The notes beneath the pieces are model-generated. The model worked only from the letters and a program-made list of their open reading frames with translations. It ran no database searches and had not been told where the DNA came from. A DNA stretch of 64,000 nucleotides from a virus. Its lineage: Duplodnaviria; Caudoviricetes. Numbering within the stretch: the first letter of the stretch is position 1; each line of letters opens with the position of its first letter. Shown here one piece after another: positions 63,020-64,000 of this stretch. The stretch lies in IMG/VR virus record IMGVR_UViG_3300027974_001530. One strand, 5' to 3'. Both the position numbers and the translations under genes were made by a program.

Positions 63020-64000
63020 TTATATTTTTCCAAAATTAATGTAACTTGAGATATCATCTGCTTGGTCTCTTATTTTGTTAAATTCATATTGTAGTTCGTT
63101 AACCTCGTAAGTTATGTTTTTTAATTTTTTATCTAAATTTTCTTTTATTTTTAATAAATTATAGTACTTATCTTTTATCCCGTTAAATTCTAAAAATTGA
63201 TCAAAACTTTTTGGTTCTATTTTCATTACTCTATAATAATTCATAACAATATCATACAATTCTAAAGTTTCTTTTACAAATCTTACAGATTTTGTTGCAT
63301 TATAACTTCTTTTTGCGGTGTTCAACACTTTGTATTTTTCTTTAAGTAAATTATCTAACTCTTCATACCTAGACTTATTAAATTCTTGTTCCTTTTTATA
63401 CTGTTGATCATAATATTTTAAATAAAGATTATATGTATAATCTCTAATAAGTTCAATAAATGAACCTAAAATATTACTACCAATATATTTTCTAACAGTT
63501 CCAGGAGTTACCTCATCATCAATTGCATTCCAAAAAGCAAAATCACCTTTTTTACTATTTGCCAAAAAATTCTCTTTATACCTCCAATCAGTACTTGTTG
63601 GGGGGTCGTACTGAATTGCAATTTTAAAGTAGTTTTTAGATTTTTTCTTTCCTGGTATTGGTTCTCTTAATTTATCTATAACAAAGAAAAATAAATTTAC
63701 ATCACTATAATTTTCAAAATAATTGTTTGTGTTTGATGCAATACACCATTTAGTATTTGATCCATATTTACAGGAAGCCTCTTTATTTTTTGGTCTTACC
63801 AAAACATACTTATCGTCTTCATATAATTTTTCAACACCGGATAATTCAAGTTCTTTTTTTGTGATTTTTGTTATTGCCTCTTCATATTTTTTTTCAAATT
63901 CCTCATAACTATATTGGTAAATGTCTTTTTTTTCAAACTTATGTTGATTTTTATCAAAATAATTAATCATTAATATTAAATCTTCAATTTCTGTGGTTAA
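63020..64000 (-). CDS. Hypothetical protein (YG..TKWC motif), 5' end outside the window
   Basis: Frame stays open from 63970 to the window edge; KYGSNTKWCIAS. Confidence 0.8.
   Translation of the reverse strand, partial: LTTEIEDLILMINYFDKNQHKFEKKDIYQYSYEEFEKKYEEAITKITKKELELSGVEKLYEDDKYVLVRPKNKEASCKYGSNTKWCIASNTNNYFENYSDVNLFFFVIDKLREPIPGKKKSKNYFKIAIQYDPPTSTDWRYKENFLANSKKGDFAFWNAIDDEVTPGTVRKYIGSNILGSFIELIRDYTYNLYLKYYDQQYKKEQEFNKSRYEELDNLLKEKYKVLNTAKRSYNATKSVRFVKETLELYDIVMNYYRVMKIEPKSFDQFLEFNGIKDKYYNLLKIKENLDKKLKNITYEVNELQYEFNKIRDQADDISSYINFGKI

Noticed and set aside
2791-63908. Short ORFs antisense to, or nested within, long genes (e.g. 2791-3153, 9280-9465, 12691-12951, 23756-24037, 35651-35914, 41158-41403, 54783-55139, 61613-61810, 63723-63908)
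   Set aside because: Shadow ORFs of well-supported genes in AT-rich DNA.
1-64000. Stop-codon reassignment, as in some huge phages
   Set aside because: No CUA, UCA or UUA suppressor tRNA; long genes are intact in code 11 and known domains end at normal stops.
1-64000. Integrase, transposase, intron or homing endonuclease
   Set aside because: No recognisable motifs (tyrosine/serine recombinase, DDE, LAGLIDADG, GIY-YIG, HNH) in the ORFs read.

Overview
AT-rich, almost entirely minus-strand segment that looks like part of a very large (jumbo/huge) tailed-phage genome. This is inferred, because no capsid or terminase gene lies in the window. A Bacteroidota host is indicated by TTTG-N19-21-TAnnTTTG promoters, a T9SS type-B cargo gene and a sequence complementary to the Bacteroidota 16S 3' tail. 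Positions 1-7.4 kb hold an array of 25 canonical tRNAs, one per codon box and covering all 20 amino acids, interleaved with 5 non-canonical tRNA-like RNAs, several other structured RNAs and boxA-like sites. The array falls into two blocks. Each block is headed by a short leader ORF, a candidate antiterminator and an intrinsic terminator, and each leader's codons match the tRNAs of its own block. This suggests codon-sampling ribosome-mediated attenuators that release tRNA transcription when translation stalls, and it is the top finding. The rest of the window has glycosyltransferases, four large putative virion proteins, guaC, a SprB-like T9SS substrate, an FKBP PPIase, NlpC/P60 and M23 hydrolases, a flavodoxin-like protein and an LpxH-like/GT2 pair. 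About 35-40 genes share four families of N-terminal leader peptides ending in (I/L)xE. These resemble T4 capsid-targeting/prohead-protease propeptides, are fused to variable payloads, and recur internally in polyproteins. A ~2 kb mostly non-coding, origin-like region lies at 50.1-52.0 kb. All calls come from manual reading; no database search was run.
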